Shown here piece by piece: positions 1-13,639 of a stretch of 64,000 nucleotides of DNA. Within the stretch, counting starts at the first letter, position 1. Each line of letters opens with the position of its first letter. Source of the DNA: Octopus vulgaris (Eukaryota); assembly GCA_951406725.2 (NCBI GenBank), contig OX597818.1, forward strand, positions 115,816,001 to 115,880,000, in the 5' to 3' direction. The notes below the pieces were generated by a model. The model was not told the origin of the DNA and did no database searches. It saw only the letters and a list, made by a program, of their open reading frames with translations. The position numbers were made by a program, and so were the translations under genes.

Positions 1-51
1 AAAATAGAAGATACATACATACATACATACATACATACATACATACATACA

Positions 52-170
52 TAAAAGAAAATTACGCTGTGGTTGACGTTGAAATTCCAATGGAGGAACC
101 TTGGATCTAGGTTAGAAACCTGTTCTTTCTCTATTGGCAAGAAATCTTGAAATAAACTGAATTATGACAT
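52..170 (+). mobile_element. Solo ~110-bp terminal module of the (TACA)n-associated LINE (others at 46980-47083 -, 47873-47925 +, 49280-49385 +)
   Basis: gttgaaattccaatg.aggaaccttggatctaggttagaaacc..gcaagaaatcttgaaataaactgaat flanked by (TACA)n. Confidence 0.75.
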
Positions 171-912
171 ACATACATACATACATACATACATACATAC
201 ATACATACATACATACATACATACATACATACATACATACACACGGATGAAATCAGTATCAATGGCCGTCCAACTGCTGGGAGATTTTGTTTAAACATTT
301 CTCTTGAAGAAGGAAAGCTCTGTTATAACACCTGTCACTACGTTTTGCATCCATTGATGTATGGAAATTCTTCTTTTGGGGCAAATGCATACACTGCTTA
401 GACAGTGTGAGAGGGCCCCGTGCAAGGTCTTTCCTCGTTCTAAAATGATTCAGGTACAAATATCGCTCGATTTTAGACGTCTCTATTATGTGTTGCATAG
501 TGTAAAAAGCTGTTGCCGAGAATTAAACATTTCGTGAGAATGAGGAAATGAAGGTATATGTCAGCGCGGGGTGGGGTGGGGTAACTTTATGAACACCTGC
601 TGCAGGGGACATTCATCGTTGCTACACAGGTGCAAAAGAGTGTGGGTCTCTGCAAGACTGAAAAGCCATGACTAGAGCTGTTCATGTTTAAGAGAACAAT
701 CATGTGATGATATTTCTCGAAACTAAGTTGCACCTATCATGTATGTATGTATGTATGAATGTATGTATGTATGTATGTATGTATGTATGTATGTATGTAT
801 GTATGTATGTATGTATGCCTGTATGTATGCATGCATACATACATACAAACATACATATGTGTGCATGGGTGCGTGTACAAATATATGTGTGTGCATATAT
901 ATACATATATAC

Positions 913-979
<67 letters not shown>

Positions 980-2382
980 GTATATATATGCACGAGAATA
1001 TGCTCACATACACACAAATACCAGGATTCGATTCATGAGTCACTTATCAAAGTGTGGCACTCGCTTTATTTTCCACTATTGCAGTTAATCACTATGATTT
1101 CTCAGCAAGACATGTTCGAGTTGGAATCCAGATAACTAGAAGAACCCACTAGGGAGACAGCTGTAGTAACTGAGACCAGCTGACTGTGCTTATGATTTAA
1201 CAAACTGCAAATAGGAGCTTTCTGCAGGCGAAGTGTACAGGCTCAGAGATGAAACGCTCTATGATCCTGAAATTATAGCATGACAACATCAATTCTGAAC
1301 AAAGACATGCAAATAAGATGCCTTCTGATGAGATTCCAGTTTCATATCTATCGTATTCCAAGCAGCGGTATTTACCGTATCTATCGTATTCAGAGCAGCG
1401 GCATTTACCATGTTGAATCGACAGTGTAATCCGGGGGGCACTTTGTAAAGTAGTTGATGGTGCAATCGTCCCGAATATTATTTTTACACAGTTCGAATCC
1501 TGTTCGAGGGCCCGTGCGTCCTTGTGTGCAAGGGAGAGATAAGATTCCGGAGAACTTAGTAAAGAACATCTGAGCCCAACGATTAAAATGCTTTACGTTT
1601 TCTAAGTGCATCTTACTGGATAGATATTAACCTTATCGATGTAAATACATTATTACCGATGTCAGATAACTGTTAAGTATCTTCTTTTCCCAGTTTTTCT
1701 TGGTGACTAATCAATAAGAAGTCAATGTTTTAATTATATGAGAAGCACATAAGCAGAACATTTAGAAGCTGGGGTCAAACCAGAGCGACCCCGCCCCTAA
1801 ATAACGTACGTTAAGAGATTTTATGCCGTCTTCTACGTGTGGAAGGTGAGCAGGGAGTCAAAATTTCCCTTCGACTGTCCTGTGCTACTATTGTTACTCA
1901 GTATCAATCTAAGTCGTTTCTCATTTCTTTATTGCCCACAAGGGACTAAACATAGAGGGGACAAACAAGGACAGACATAGGGATTAAGTCGATTACATCG
2001 ACCCTTGTGCGTAACTGGTACTTTATTTATTGACCCCGAAATTATGAAAGGCAAAGTCGACCTCGGTGAAATTTGAACTCAGAACATAAAGATAGACGAA
2101 ATACCGCTAAGCATTTCGCCCAGAGTGCTAACGTTTCTGCCAGCTCGCCGCCTTAATCTAAGTCGTTTCACTCTAAGCCGTATCAGTCTAAGTCATTTCT
2201 GTAGGCGTGTGTGGTATGGAGTTTACTTCCAAACTATGCTGTTGCGAGTTCAGTCCCACTGCGCGGCACTTTGGGCATATGTCTTCTTCTATAGCCCTGT
2301 GCCGACCAAAAATTTGTGAGTGGGTTTGGCAGACGGAAACTTTAAAGAAGCTTATGTACACACACGCGGACACACAGACGCG

Positions 2383-2423
<41 letters not shown>

Positions 2424-5400
2424 TCACATACATATATGTATGTATATCTACGTATGTGTGTCTTTGTGTTTGTCTCCCAACACTACTTGACAACCGGTGC
2501 TGGTTTGTTTACGTCCCCTATAACTTAGCGGTTCCTCAGAAAGAAACCTATAGAATAAATACCAGGCTTTAAAAAAAATATAAGTATTGAGGGCGATTTA
2601 TTCGACCAAACCCTTCAAGCCGATGCTCCAGCATGGCCGTAGTTCAATGGCAGAAACAAAAGATAAAAATGATAAAAGTTTCTGATTAGTTTGTGTGTGT
2701 GTGTGTGTGTGTGTATGTGTGTGTGTGTGTGTGTTTCCACATTGGCCGATCTATCATTAACTTTTATTTTAAAGACTTTAGGATCCGATTTGAGTAAGAT
2801 TTAGCAGCTATTTCTCGCTCGTTGAGGTTCCTTTTTTTCGCCTGTCCAGAGTTTATGAAATAAGTACTATTCATTGGTTTTGTAGGTTCTTTATTGCCAT
2901 TAATCTTCATGAAGCCATCAAGCAATACACTAAATATACAGAGCTGTCGTATCTGCAGAAATAACAGATTCTACATGAGTTTTTGAGTTTAAATCCAGTT
3001 TGAGTAATCTTCTGCAGCTCTGCTATTCATGAATCCAGAATCAACAAAAATTAAATACGTATCTTTTTCATGTTCTTGTTTAGCCTCAGATCAGTCCAGA
3101 TAAAACTGACTGTGCTGTTCTTTTCTTCTTTCTTTCTTTCTTTGTTTTTTTGTTGTTTTATTTTTTGCATACTTCAGGCTAAATATATCCCGAACTGCAT
3201 TATCCAATGTATTCTATATTTTGTTTATAATGGGAGGATATTGTTTGAAGATAATTTGACTGCTCTTTCTTGTAGGTTGGTGTGATCACATAAAGGCCTC
3301 ACTCATTGACTTTTACTCGTAAGCACTTAGAATATATTCTTCTCTACTCTAGGCACAAGGCCCGAAATTTTGGTAGGGGTCAGTCGATCAGGTTGACTCC
3401 AGTACGCAACTGGTACTTAATTTATCGACCCCGAAAGGATTTAAAGCAAAGTCGACCTCAGCGGAATTTGAACTCAGAACGTAGAGACAGACGAAATACC
3501 TATTTCTTTACTACCCACAAGGGGCTAAATATAGAGAGGACAAACAAGGACAGACAAACAAATTAAGTCGATTATATCGACCCCAGTGCGTAACTGGTAC
3601 TTAATTTATCGACCCCGAAAGGATGAAAGGCAAAGTCGACCTCGGCAGAATTTGAACTCAGAACTCAACGGCAGACGAAATACTGCTAAGCATTTCGCTC
3701 GGCGTGCTAACGTTTCTGCCAGCTCGTCGCCTTTAATAATTATAATATTCTTTTCTACTCTAGGCACAAGGCTCGAAATTTTGTGGGAGGGTACCAGTCA
3801 ATTAGATCGACTCCAGTATGCAACTCGTACTTAATTTATCGACTCCGAAAGGATGAAAGGTAAAGTCGACCTCGGCGGAATTTGAACTCAGAACGTAGAA
3901 ACAGACGAAATACCGCTAAGCGTACTAACGTTTCTGCCAGCTCGCCGCCTTATCCACTTGGAATATATTATAGGCTTTTGATTTGACCGACCACACTGAT
4001 AGTAGCCTTCTACTTATCGAAAAAGATCGGATGTTTAAGAAAAGAATGGGAGTTTCGTGAATGCTGGATAACTTCTGGAAAACTCACTAACAGGAATTTT
4101 TCAAGATTTTTCTCAGAGTTTTCGTCAAGTACATTAAGAACCGCTTTGATCGGAATCTGAAACTAGCTTCACATCTAAATAAGAAACTATAAACTAGATT
4201 TTTTAAATTTGTTTCTTTGACGGAATAACGGATACATATGGGGACAGGGGATAAGATTGTGTGATATTTACGCCCTTCTCACATTCATTGGTGTTTTCCG
4301 AGCTAAAGAAAGATCCACCTGTGACCGACCTGCTAGAAATAGCAGCGATATATCTCTCAGATCACATCCTGTCGTCATTAATATGCAAAATAACATAACA
4401 GCTTGCTTAACTGTCACTCGCAAGAGACCTGAAAGCAAGTAACACGTTTTCGTTTACTGTTTTCTGTGCTTATGAAATTGCGATCGGACATAGACGCCCT
4501 CTCGACTCTCCACACTTGACCTGGGAGAACACTGAGGATGTAACAGCTGGAGAGAGAGAGAGAGAGAGGGGGTTGCTCTCAATCACAGATGGTGTTTATT
4601 TCCAGCTGGGTTGACTGAAACAACGTGAAATGGTATGCGTTACTCCAAAACCCAACGATCCTTATAATCGTGAAGTCAACGCCTTAGCCATTAGGAGACG
4701 CACATTTGCTACACATTAGATAATGGACACTAACGTTTCTGCCATGCGGGATGGTCACGATGTGAATTCGTTTGACCGATATCTGCTCTTTCAAAAAGTT
4801 GGACTGAGTCTGAACAACGAAAATTACAAAAACAGCAACAAACACTTATCGTTAAGAATTGGTTTAATCCCGTTTCTCAGTTTAACACCGCCAACTGGTC
4901 TATTAGGTAACTTTAACAAAAAACGATCAGTTAGAAGCATTCTAGCCAGATCTTCGATCTGAAGATAATGCTCTCCCTTCCTCTCAGCAATTTCAAAGGA
5001 TCATGAGAATTGCCCCGACATTTTCCCTATGTATGCCGTATCAAAAGAGCTCAAACGCAGCAAATATGAATCTTACGTCGTACTTTCGTCTCTGTAAGAT
5101 CCTCTTTCTAAGTGTCTCGCCACAGAATAATTGATTTCTCTGGTGACATGACAGCCGAGTATATTAGATGAGGAAAGTATAAAACGATAATAACGATAAT
5201 CTTCATGTATTTAAAAGGGCATTAGAGATAGAAATAAAACTACTGGTCAGCCAATATATCGCTGTCAATATATGGCGATATAAGAAACCTTTACTAAAAC
5301 CTGGTTTTCTGGCCGTTATGAAATGTTAACATCAATCTGTATATTCTACTCTCTTTACAAAGTATAGCAAAGCATTTCTGTTTGAAAATTAATGAATGAA

Positions 5401-6009
5401 ACCAAATCAAAAACAACAAACAAGCAAACATAATTGTAATTAGAAACTCTACTCACTTCCTTTTGGTGACCATCTTTGGTATATGTCTTGAAGGATCAAA
5501 CGGAACCTGAAGGCGATCGTTTGAAATAATTTCACGCGGATTTTACTTCAAATAATAAATGGGTAAATTATTGTATTATATAATTTTTTTTCTATGAATA
5601 TGTATGTCTCTCAGGATGTGGATACAACGGATCCTTGGTTTAATAAAAAAAAAATCAGAATAAAAGTATTCTTAACTCTTGCTGTTCGTTTGCTTCCTCG
5701 TTGAAAGCAACAGACTATAATGATCTCTGTTATTCTTTGCAGTTCGTGTATGCCACCTCACTTTCAGTGAATATAAAGACAATATGATGGAGTAGTTTTC
5801 CTCAGACTACTTCCCGTACATGAGAACTGAATATGAGCTAGCTGCCAATTTTGGCGTTCATTACCAGTTAATCTGTGTTAATATGCTGACGATTAATCGC
5901 CGAGCACATGCAAATCAGTAGCAGCCATTATATATTGGCGTTCGTATTTAACTTACATAATCACATTTATACGTAGATTATACGAAACGATATTATATCT
6001 ATCTGTCTG

Positions 6010-6085
<76 letters not shown>

Positions 6086-6148
6086 CCAATCAATCAATCT
6101 ATCTATTTAATCACCTGCATACGGATATTTTACTTATCTCCACACCTA

Positions 6149-6187
<39 letters not shown>

Positions 6188-6955
6188 ATCTATCTATCGA
6201 TCAATCGATTTCTCTCTCACTCTCTCTACACTCTCTCTCACACACTCTCTCTCACACACACTCTCTCTCTCTCTCTCTCTCTCTCTGTATGCATATATAT
6301 TACACATACACATACATGTATATACATATGTATGTGTATATACACTTCGCCTTTCATCCTTTCTCTCTCACTCTCTCTCTCTATCTATGTGTGTATATGC
6401 ATATATATATTATACATACACATACATGTATATACATATGTGTGTGTATATACACTTACCTATCTACCTACTTTATCAATCTATCTATCTACCTACCTAC
6501 CTACCTACCTACCTACCTATCCATCCAATCAGCCATCCAACCATCCATCCATCCATCCATCCATCCATCCATCCATCCATCAATGTACGTCACACTTGTT
6601 GCTTTTTTCTCCATTTATCCATTCATACATTTGCCAATCCATCTTGCCTACAGCTAAGTAGCCACTTACTAACGTTCCACCTCCTTTTGTTAATCCTGAG
6701 ACAAGAATCTTTTTCAACTGGTTTTTATGTCAATTGATCTCTAGTATGATAGCCTTCCAATCAATACAGGAATCATCTTACCTAATTTTACCATACCTTT
6801 CCGTAAACTTCTATAGAATATCGTCTGTCTTATAAACTGCTAGAGTCATTATATGTCTTTTATTTTATGCAGACGTTTCAAATAGTCCGCCATGTTTGAT
6901 CGCCAGACAACCATATTTTCTCTTATCTCTTAAATCGTTTATATTGTCAGTCAGT

Positions 6956-7001
<46 letters not shown>

Positions 7002-7019
7002 GTGTATATATATATATGC

Positions 7020-7056
<37 letters not shown>

Positions 7057-7494
7057 ATCTGGGACGGTGAGTCGGCAGAATCATTAACATGCCGGACAAA
7101 ATGCTTAGCGACACTTCTTCTGGGTCTTTGCATTCTGAGTTCAAATTCCGCCGAAGTCGACTTCGCCTTTCGTCCTTTCAGGGTCGATAAATTAAGTACC
7201 TTTTGAGCACTAGGATCGATTAAAGTCAACTAGCCCCTCCTGCTTATAGCAGAAAGGATTATCATTATTAATACGGCGACCTGGCAGAATCATTAACTTG
7301 CCGAACGAAGAATTTTTAGTCGATCGACTAAAATTTTTTCCAGGCGTTGCCCCAGCATGGCTGCAGTCCAGTGACTGAAACAAGTAAAGGATAAAAGAAA
7401 TTATAAAAGATACGCTCACAAACACACACACTCTAAAACACAAACAGACACATATACATACGCAGTATCGTTTCCTTAATACGTCCAGTATTCT

Positions 7495-8905
7495 TTTGTA
7501 TTCTAAGCACAAGGCACGAAATTTTGGGGAGAGGGGCCAGTCGATTAGATCGACCCCAGTACGCAACTAGTAGTTAATTTATCGCCACTGAAAGGATGAA
7601 AGCAAAGTCGAGCTCGGCGGAATTTGAACTCAGAATGAAAAGACAGACAAAACACCGCTTAACAGACGAAATACCCATTTCTTTACTACCCACAAGGGGC
7701 TAAACACAGAGAGGACAAACAAGGACCGACAAACGGATTAAGTCGATTATATCAATCCCAGTACGTAACTGGTACTTATTTAATCGACTCCGAAAGGATG
7801 AAAGGCAAAGTCGACCTCGGCGAAATTTGAACTCAGAACGTAGCGGCAGACAAAATACCTCTAAGCATTTCGCCCGTCGTGCTAACGTTTCTTATTTCTT
7901 TATTGCCCACAAGGGGCTAAACATAGAGGGGACAAACAAGGACAGACAAAGGGATTAGGTCCCAGTGCGTAAGTGGTACTTAATTTATCGACCCCGAAAA
8001 GATGAAGGCAAAGTCGACCTCGACGGAATTTGAACTCAGAACGTAAAGACAGACGAAATACCTATTTCTTTATTACCCACAAGGGGCTAAACAAAGAGGG
8101 GACAAACAAGGACAGACATAGGTATTAAGTCGATTACATCGACCCCAGTGCGTAACTGGTACTTAATTTATCGACCCCGAGAGGATGAAAGGCAAAGTCG
8201 GCCTCGGCGAAATTTGAACTCAGAACGTAGCGGCAGATAAAATACCTCTAAGCATTTCACCCGTCGTGCTAACGTTTCTTATTTCTTTATTGCCCACAAG
8301 GGGCTAAACATAGAGGGGACAAACAAGGACAGACAAAGGGATTAGGTCCCAGTGCGTAAGTGGTACTTAATTTATCGACCCCGAAAAGATGAAGGCAAAG
8401 TCGACCTCGACGGAATTTGAACTCAGAACGTAGCGGCAGACAAAATACCTCTAAGCATTTCGCCCGTCGTGCTAACGTTTCTTATTTCTTTATTGCCCAC
8501 AAGGGGCTAAACATAGAGGGGACAAACAAGGACAGACAAAGGGATTAGGTCCCAGTGCGTAAGTGGTACTTAATTTATCGACCCCGAAAGGATGAAAGGC
8601 AAAGTCGACCTCGGCAGAATTTGAACTCAGAACGTAAAGACAGACAAAATACCTCTAAGCATTTCGCCCGTCGTGCTAACGTTTCTTATTTCTTTATTGC
8701 CCACAAGGGGCTAAACATAGAGGGGACAAACAAGGACAGACAAAGGGATTAGGTCCCAGTGCGTAAGTGGTACTTAATTTATCGACCCCGAAAGGATGAA
8801 AGGCAAAGTCGACCTCGGCGGAATTTGAACTCAGAACGTAAAGACAGACGAAATACCTCTAAGCATTTCGCCAGGCGTGCTAACGCTCCTGCCAGCTCGC
8901 TGCTT
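7495..8905 (-). mobile_element. Tandem multimer of tRNA-derived SINE family A (7 core units)
   Basis: aatttgaactcaga recurs at about 7621, 7825, 8028, 8211, 8414, 8619 and 8822, with the body gcctttcatcctttcggggtcgataaattaagtacc on the - strand. Confidence 0.85.
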
Positions 8906-9461
8906 TTTTAATACGGTCAGTATTAAAGCATTTAGAGAATGTCAGGTTAATTAGCGTGCAAAATTATTAAACTTACTTCTAGATATCAAGGAAAAAGAAT
9001 TTAAAAACACCGGCAATACTTTTGTAGAAGCTAAATGTAACACGTTACTGACATTTAACAAATATCTTAATTACTGCAGTGGCCGTATGAATCCAGTCAT
9101 ATTTCTCTACACGCACCTTTCCATAGGTGTGTGCTTGCATGTGTTATGAGTGTGTAGTATGTGTGCAAATGCAAAGCTGCGCTATATTGGAAATACGCAG
9201 TATATTCACAAGGCCTCTTCTATCATTGAAACATTTTAATAAATGTCAATGACGTGTTAGGTTCAGCTTCTACTGAGCATTTGCGGAATCTTTGTTATTC
9301 ATAACAAAATCGGATGTATGTATGTATGCATGCATGTATGTATGTATGTATGTATGTATGTATGTATGTATGTATGTATGTATGTATGTATGTATGTATG
9401 TATGCATGCATGCATGCATGCATGTATGTATGTATGTATGTATACATATATATATATATAT

Positions 9462-9520
<59 letters not shown>

Positions 9521-9642
9521 TGTATGTATGTATACATACACACACACAAACATACACAAACACGCACATAAACACGTACACACAAACACATAACCCCCAC
9601 ACACACACACACACACACAAGTATTATGTATATATGTATATA

Positions 9643-9723
<81 letters not shown>

Positions 9724-10180
9724 GAAAAGAATCGTTAGCATGTCGAGAAAATTACTTAGCGGTGTTTCGTCCGTCGCTACGTTCTGAGTTCAAATTCTGC
9801 CGAGATCAACTTTGCCTTTCATGTTTACGAGATGTATAAATTAAGTAAAGGCGAAACACGGGCCGTCGATGGAATCGACTTAACAACTTCTTCTGAAATT
9901 GCTAGTCTTGTGCCAAAGTTTGAAACAAATATTCTGGAAAGCTTCTGTTTTGAGAAGGTCCTCTACTCTTACTCGTTTACTCTCTTATTTGTTTCAGTCA
10001 TTTGACTGTGGCCATGCTGGAGCACTACCTTTAGTCGAATAAATCGACCCCAGAATTTATTCTTTGTAAGCCTAGTACTTATTCTATCGGTCTCTTTTGC
10101 CGAACTGCTAGATTACGGAGACGTATACACACCAGTATCGGTTGTCAAGCGATGTTGGGGGGACAAACACAGACACACAA

Positions 10181-10259
<79 letters not shown>

Positions 10260-10751
10260 TATATATATATGCATATATACGACAGGCTTCTTTCAGTTTC
10301 CGCCTACCAAATCCACTCACAAAGCTTTGGTCTGCCCGAGGATATAGTAGAAGACACTTACGCAGGGTGCCAATCAGTGGGATTGAACCGGAACCATGTG
10401 AACCTCTCCTGATCTTTCTAGAGTATCAGTAATTGTTTGGAGATGAAATATATTCTGGTCCTGTCTTTGAGATAACATGGAAATTTGTAGCTGTCATGAT
10501 TTTATGAGGAACATATCTGCATAAAGCATTTGTTAGGCCAGAAATTTTGGGGGAGAAGTAAAGTCGGTTACTTGACTGGTACTTATTTTATCGACCCCAC
10601 ATAGTTCCGGGTTCATTCCCACTGCGTGGCACCTTGGGTAAGTGTCTTCTACTATAGCCTCGGGTCGACCAAAGCCTTGTGAGTGGATTTGGTAGACGGA
10701 AACTGAAAGAACCCCGTCGTATATATGTATGTATGTGTGTGTATGTATGTA

Positions 10752-10801
<50 letters not shown>

Positions 10802-11845
10802 CATATATATACACATATATATGTGTGTGTTTGTGTGTTTGTCCCCTCACCATCGCATGACAACTGATGCTAGTGTGTTTACGCCCCGTAAACTAGCGGT
10901 TTGGCAAAAGAGACCGATAGAGTAAGTACTAGGCTTACAAAGAATAAGTCCTTGAGACGATTTGCTCGACTAAAGGCGGTGCTCCAGCCGAAACCGGGCG
11001 TGGTTCCTCCTGATGATGACTTGAGCTAACTGGGTCCTATAAAGGAGCTGTTGTGGTAGCAGACTACGAAACAGTTGAAATTCCTCTTTACTTATGTACA
11101 TTTGTTTCAGTAAGAAAGGTACTATCAAACTGCTCTCCAAATACAAGCGTCAAAGAAAAAATCATTTTACTGAAGAGAAAGTATCTATTACTGAAATAAA
11201 ACTTTAGTATTTACTCTAATATTCTATTCTTTATTCTGGAATATTGATTTTTATATAAGCTCGTTAGTGAATATAATTCGTCTTTTCTCTTCTTCTCCGG
11301 ATTTTCTTTTGCATTGTAAACACATACAACCAATATATGTTAACTTCAGACTTTATTTCCCTTATTCCAGCTGCCACTATCTTTAATTACAAAAACCAAT
11401 GTTATCATTTTAAGCTTGCTTTCTTTTTCTCTTCTTGAAAATAAAGCTTTTTCGTTATTCTTTTTTATTATTACGAAATGCAGACTATAAAAGTGCTTAA
11501 CGAATTATATTAAACTTCCATGGTTTAATTCTTAATTCCCTTAATTTAGTACTTTCATATATCGATGCGATAAGCAAGAAAATTGGATTTTTGTTTAGTG
11601 GCTGTCTAGATAAAATAACTCATTAACCGAGTGATGAATAATGATGATTATAATCCTTCCTACTAAAGGCACAAGGCCTGAAATTTTGTGGGGTGCGGGG
11701 ACTAGTCGTACTTAATTTATCGACCCCGAAAGGATGAAAGGCAAAGTCGACCTCGGCGGAATTTGAACTCAGAGTGTAAGGACAGACAAAATACCGCTAA
11801 GCATTTTTTTCTGGTGTGCTAACGGTTCTGACAGCTCGTCGCCTT

Positions 11846-11846
<1 letters not shown>

Positions 11847-11928
<82 letters not shown>

Positions 11929-12090
11929 CGACGATGATGACGACGACGACGACGATGATGATGATGACGACGACGACGACGACAATGATGATGATGACGA
12001 CGACGATGATGATGATGATGACGATGACGACGACGACGACGACAATGATGATGACGACGACGACGATGATGATGATGATGATAATAATAA
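11847..12090. repeat. Compound trinucleotide microsatellite (TAA/GAT/GAC)
   Basis: Read directly from the sequence. Confidence 0.95.
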
Positions 12091-12092
12091 GG

Positions 12093-12800
12093 ACGGCAAC
12101 ATATTTTAAAATAACCCACAAAGTTTTTACAGGAAGATAGGTACAATATCAGTTACAGTAAAGTCTGTTCCGTCAAAAGAAGTGCGGGAATTTTAGAATA
12201 AAATTTGGGCAGAAGAGAAAACACACAATGAAAAGGTCCCTTGGATTGATAGAATATCTACATATTTAGACTCCTTAGAAGAGCAAAAGTGGGAGGATAT
12301 CAAGGTAGATAATGCAAGATCTGCTCTCAGGAAATCAAGCAAATGGAAGTCTCCAGAAAAAGATTAAATTCCTGACTTCTGGTTGAATGCCTTCACAGAG
12401 AGCCATGAACTGCTGACAAGCCTTTACAACAATATTTTGCAGCAACCCAAAACGATTCCTTCTACGAAAAATCGTTTATGCGAAAAATATTGTCTATGTA
12501 ATCCCCAAAACATTTTAATTTGTAAACAGTGTCAAAATACTTTTAAACATACATAATAGCAAACACCTTTCACTGTCAGGTTAAACATCACACTATCATC
12601 TTGTAATCAAATTACTCTTAGACCAAACTTCTAATTTTCTTGTTCTCACGGACATTCTCTGGAACAATACTTTGTGCAAAGTCAAAAGTATGGCACCCTG
12701 GTCATAACACCAACTTGAACTTCTAATTTGTTGTCTCTTGAGGTCTCTGGGTGAGACTTGGAGTCAACTTGTACAAATATAAAGCAAAAGTCAAACGTAT
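12093..12800 (+). mobile_element. Internally deleted, decayed copy of the same R4/Dong family
   Basis: 12093-12460 aligns by eye to 15042-15415. 12688-12797 matches the 3' UTR at 17631-17739. Flanked by trinucleotide repeats. Confidence 0.85.
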
Positions 12801-12804
12801 TATA

Positions 12805-12839
12805 TTAACAACGACAAGAACAACAACAACAACAACAAC

Positions 12840-12902
<63 letters not shown>

Positions 12903-12932
12903 AAGAAGAAGAAGAAGAAGAAGATGATGAAG

Positions 12933-12993
<61 letters not shown>

Positions 12994-13012
12994 CAACAAC
13001 AACAACAACAAC

Positions 13013-13075
<63 letters not shown>
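12805..13075. repeat. Compound trinucleotide microsatellite (AAC/AAT/AAG)
   Basis: Read directly from the sequence. Confidence 0.95.
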
Positions 13076-13639
13076 TGTTTTCTTTTCTGAGCATTCGAAA
13101 ATGTAAACATTCTTCCCATTGCAAAAATCTTATTGTATTTTCCAAATGGACATCTCAAGAATACTTAAAAACTTTAATATATTACCTAAACACGTAAACA
13201 CGTGAACTTTTATTGCAACAACACAACTGAATTCAGAAATTAAAAAAATTATCGACGTAAATATCAGAAAATATGCGTGTGTGAATATACATATACATAT
13301 ATATATGTGTATGGGTATATATATATATATAGTTTTTTTTTGTTTGTTTTTTTTTCTCTTCCTACCATTAATTACAAATATTACAAGCTGAATTGCTTTT
13401 CAAGATAACGATGGTACTAGTAAACAGGGTTTGACCTTTCCTGACCCAAAATGTCCTTTGTCTCTTTGGCTGACCATTCCACCATCTGCTGAATCTATTT
13501 ATAGACCTATAGAACATGACCTCTTTACCGTGGCAATGGTGATAATGATAATAATAATAATAATAGCAATAATAATAAGCTACTGCTGTAACTACACATA
13601 AAACAATATCATTGATGATGATGATGATGATAGTGGTGA

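Noticed and set aside
1325-1410. CTGATGAG followed by a 33-bp tandem duplication
   Set aside because: No downstream GAAA or supporting stems.
5615-5795. Possible small + strand exons
   Set aside because: Weak donor and no recognisable product; chance-level evidence.
7495-8905. Regularly spaced repeats resembling a CRISPR array
   Set aside because: The intervening sequences are themselves repeated SINE body, the context is eukaryotic, and there are no cas genes.
10988-11090. CTGATGA and gtag-caga-ctac-GAAAC motifs
   Set aside because: The pieces do not assemble into one consistent hammerhead; possibly an old pseudo-LTR but unsupported.
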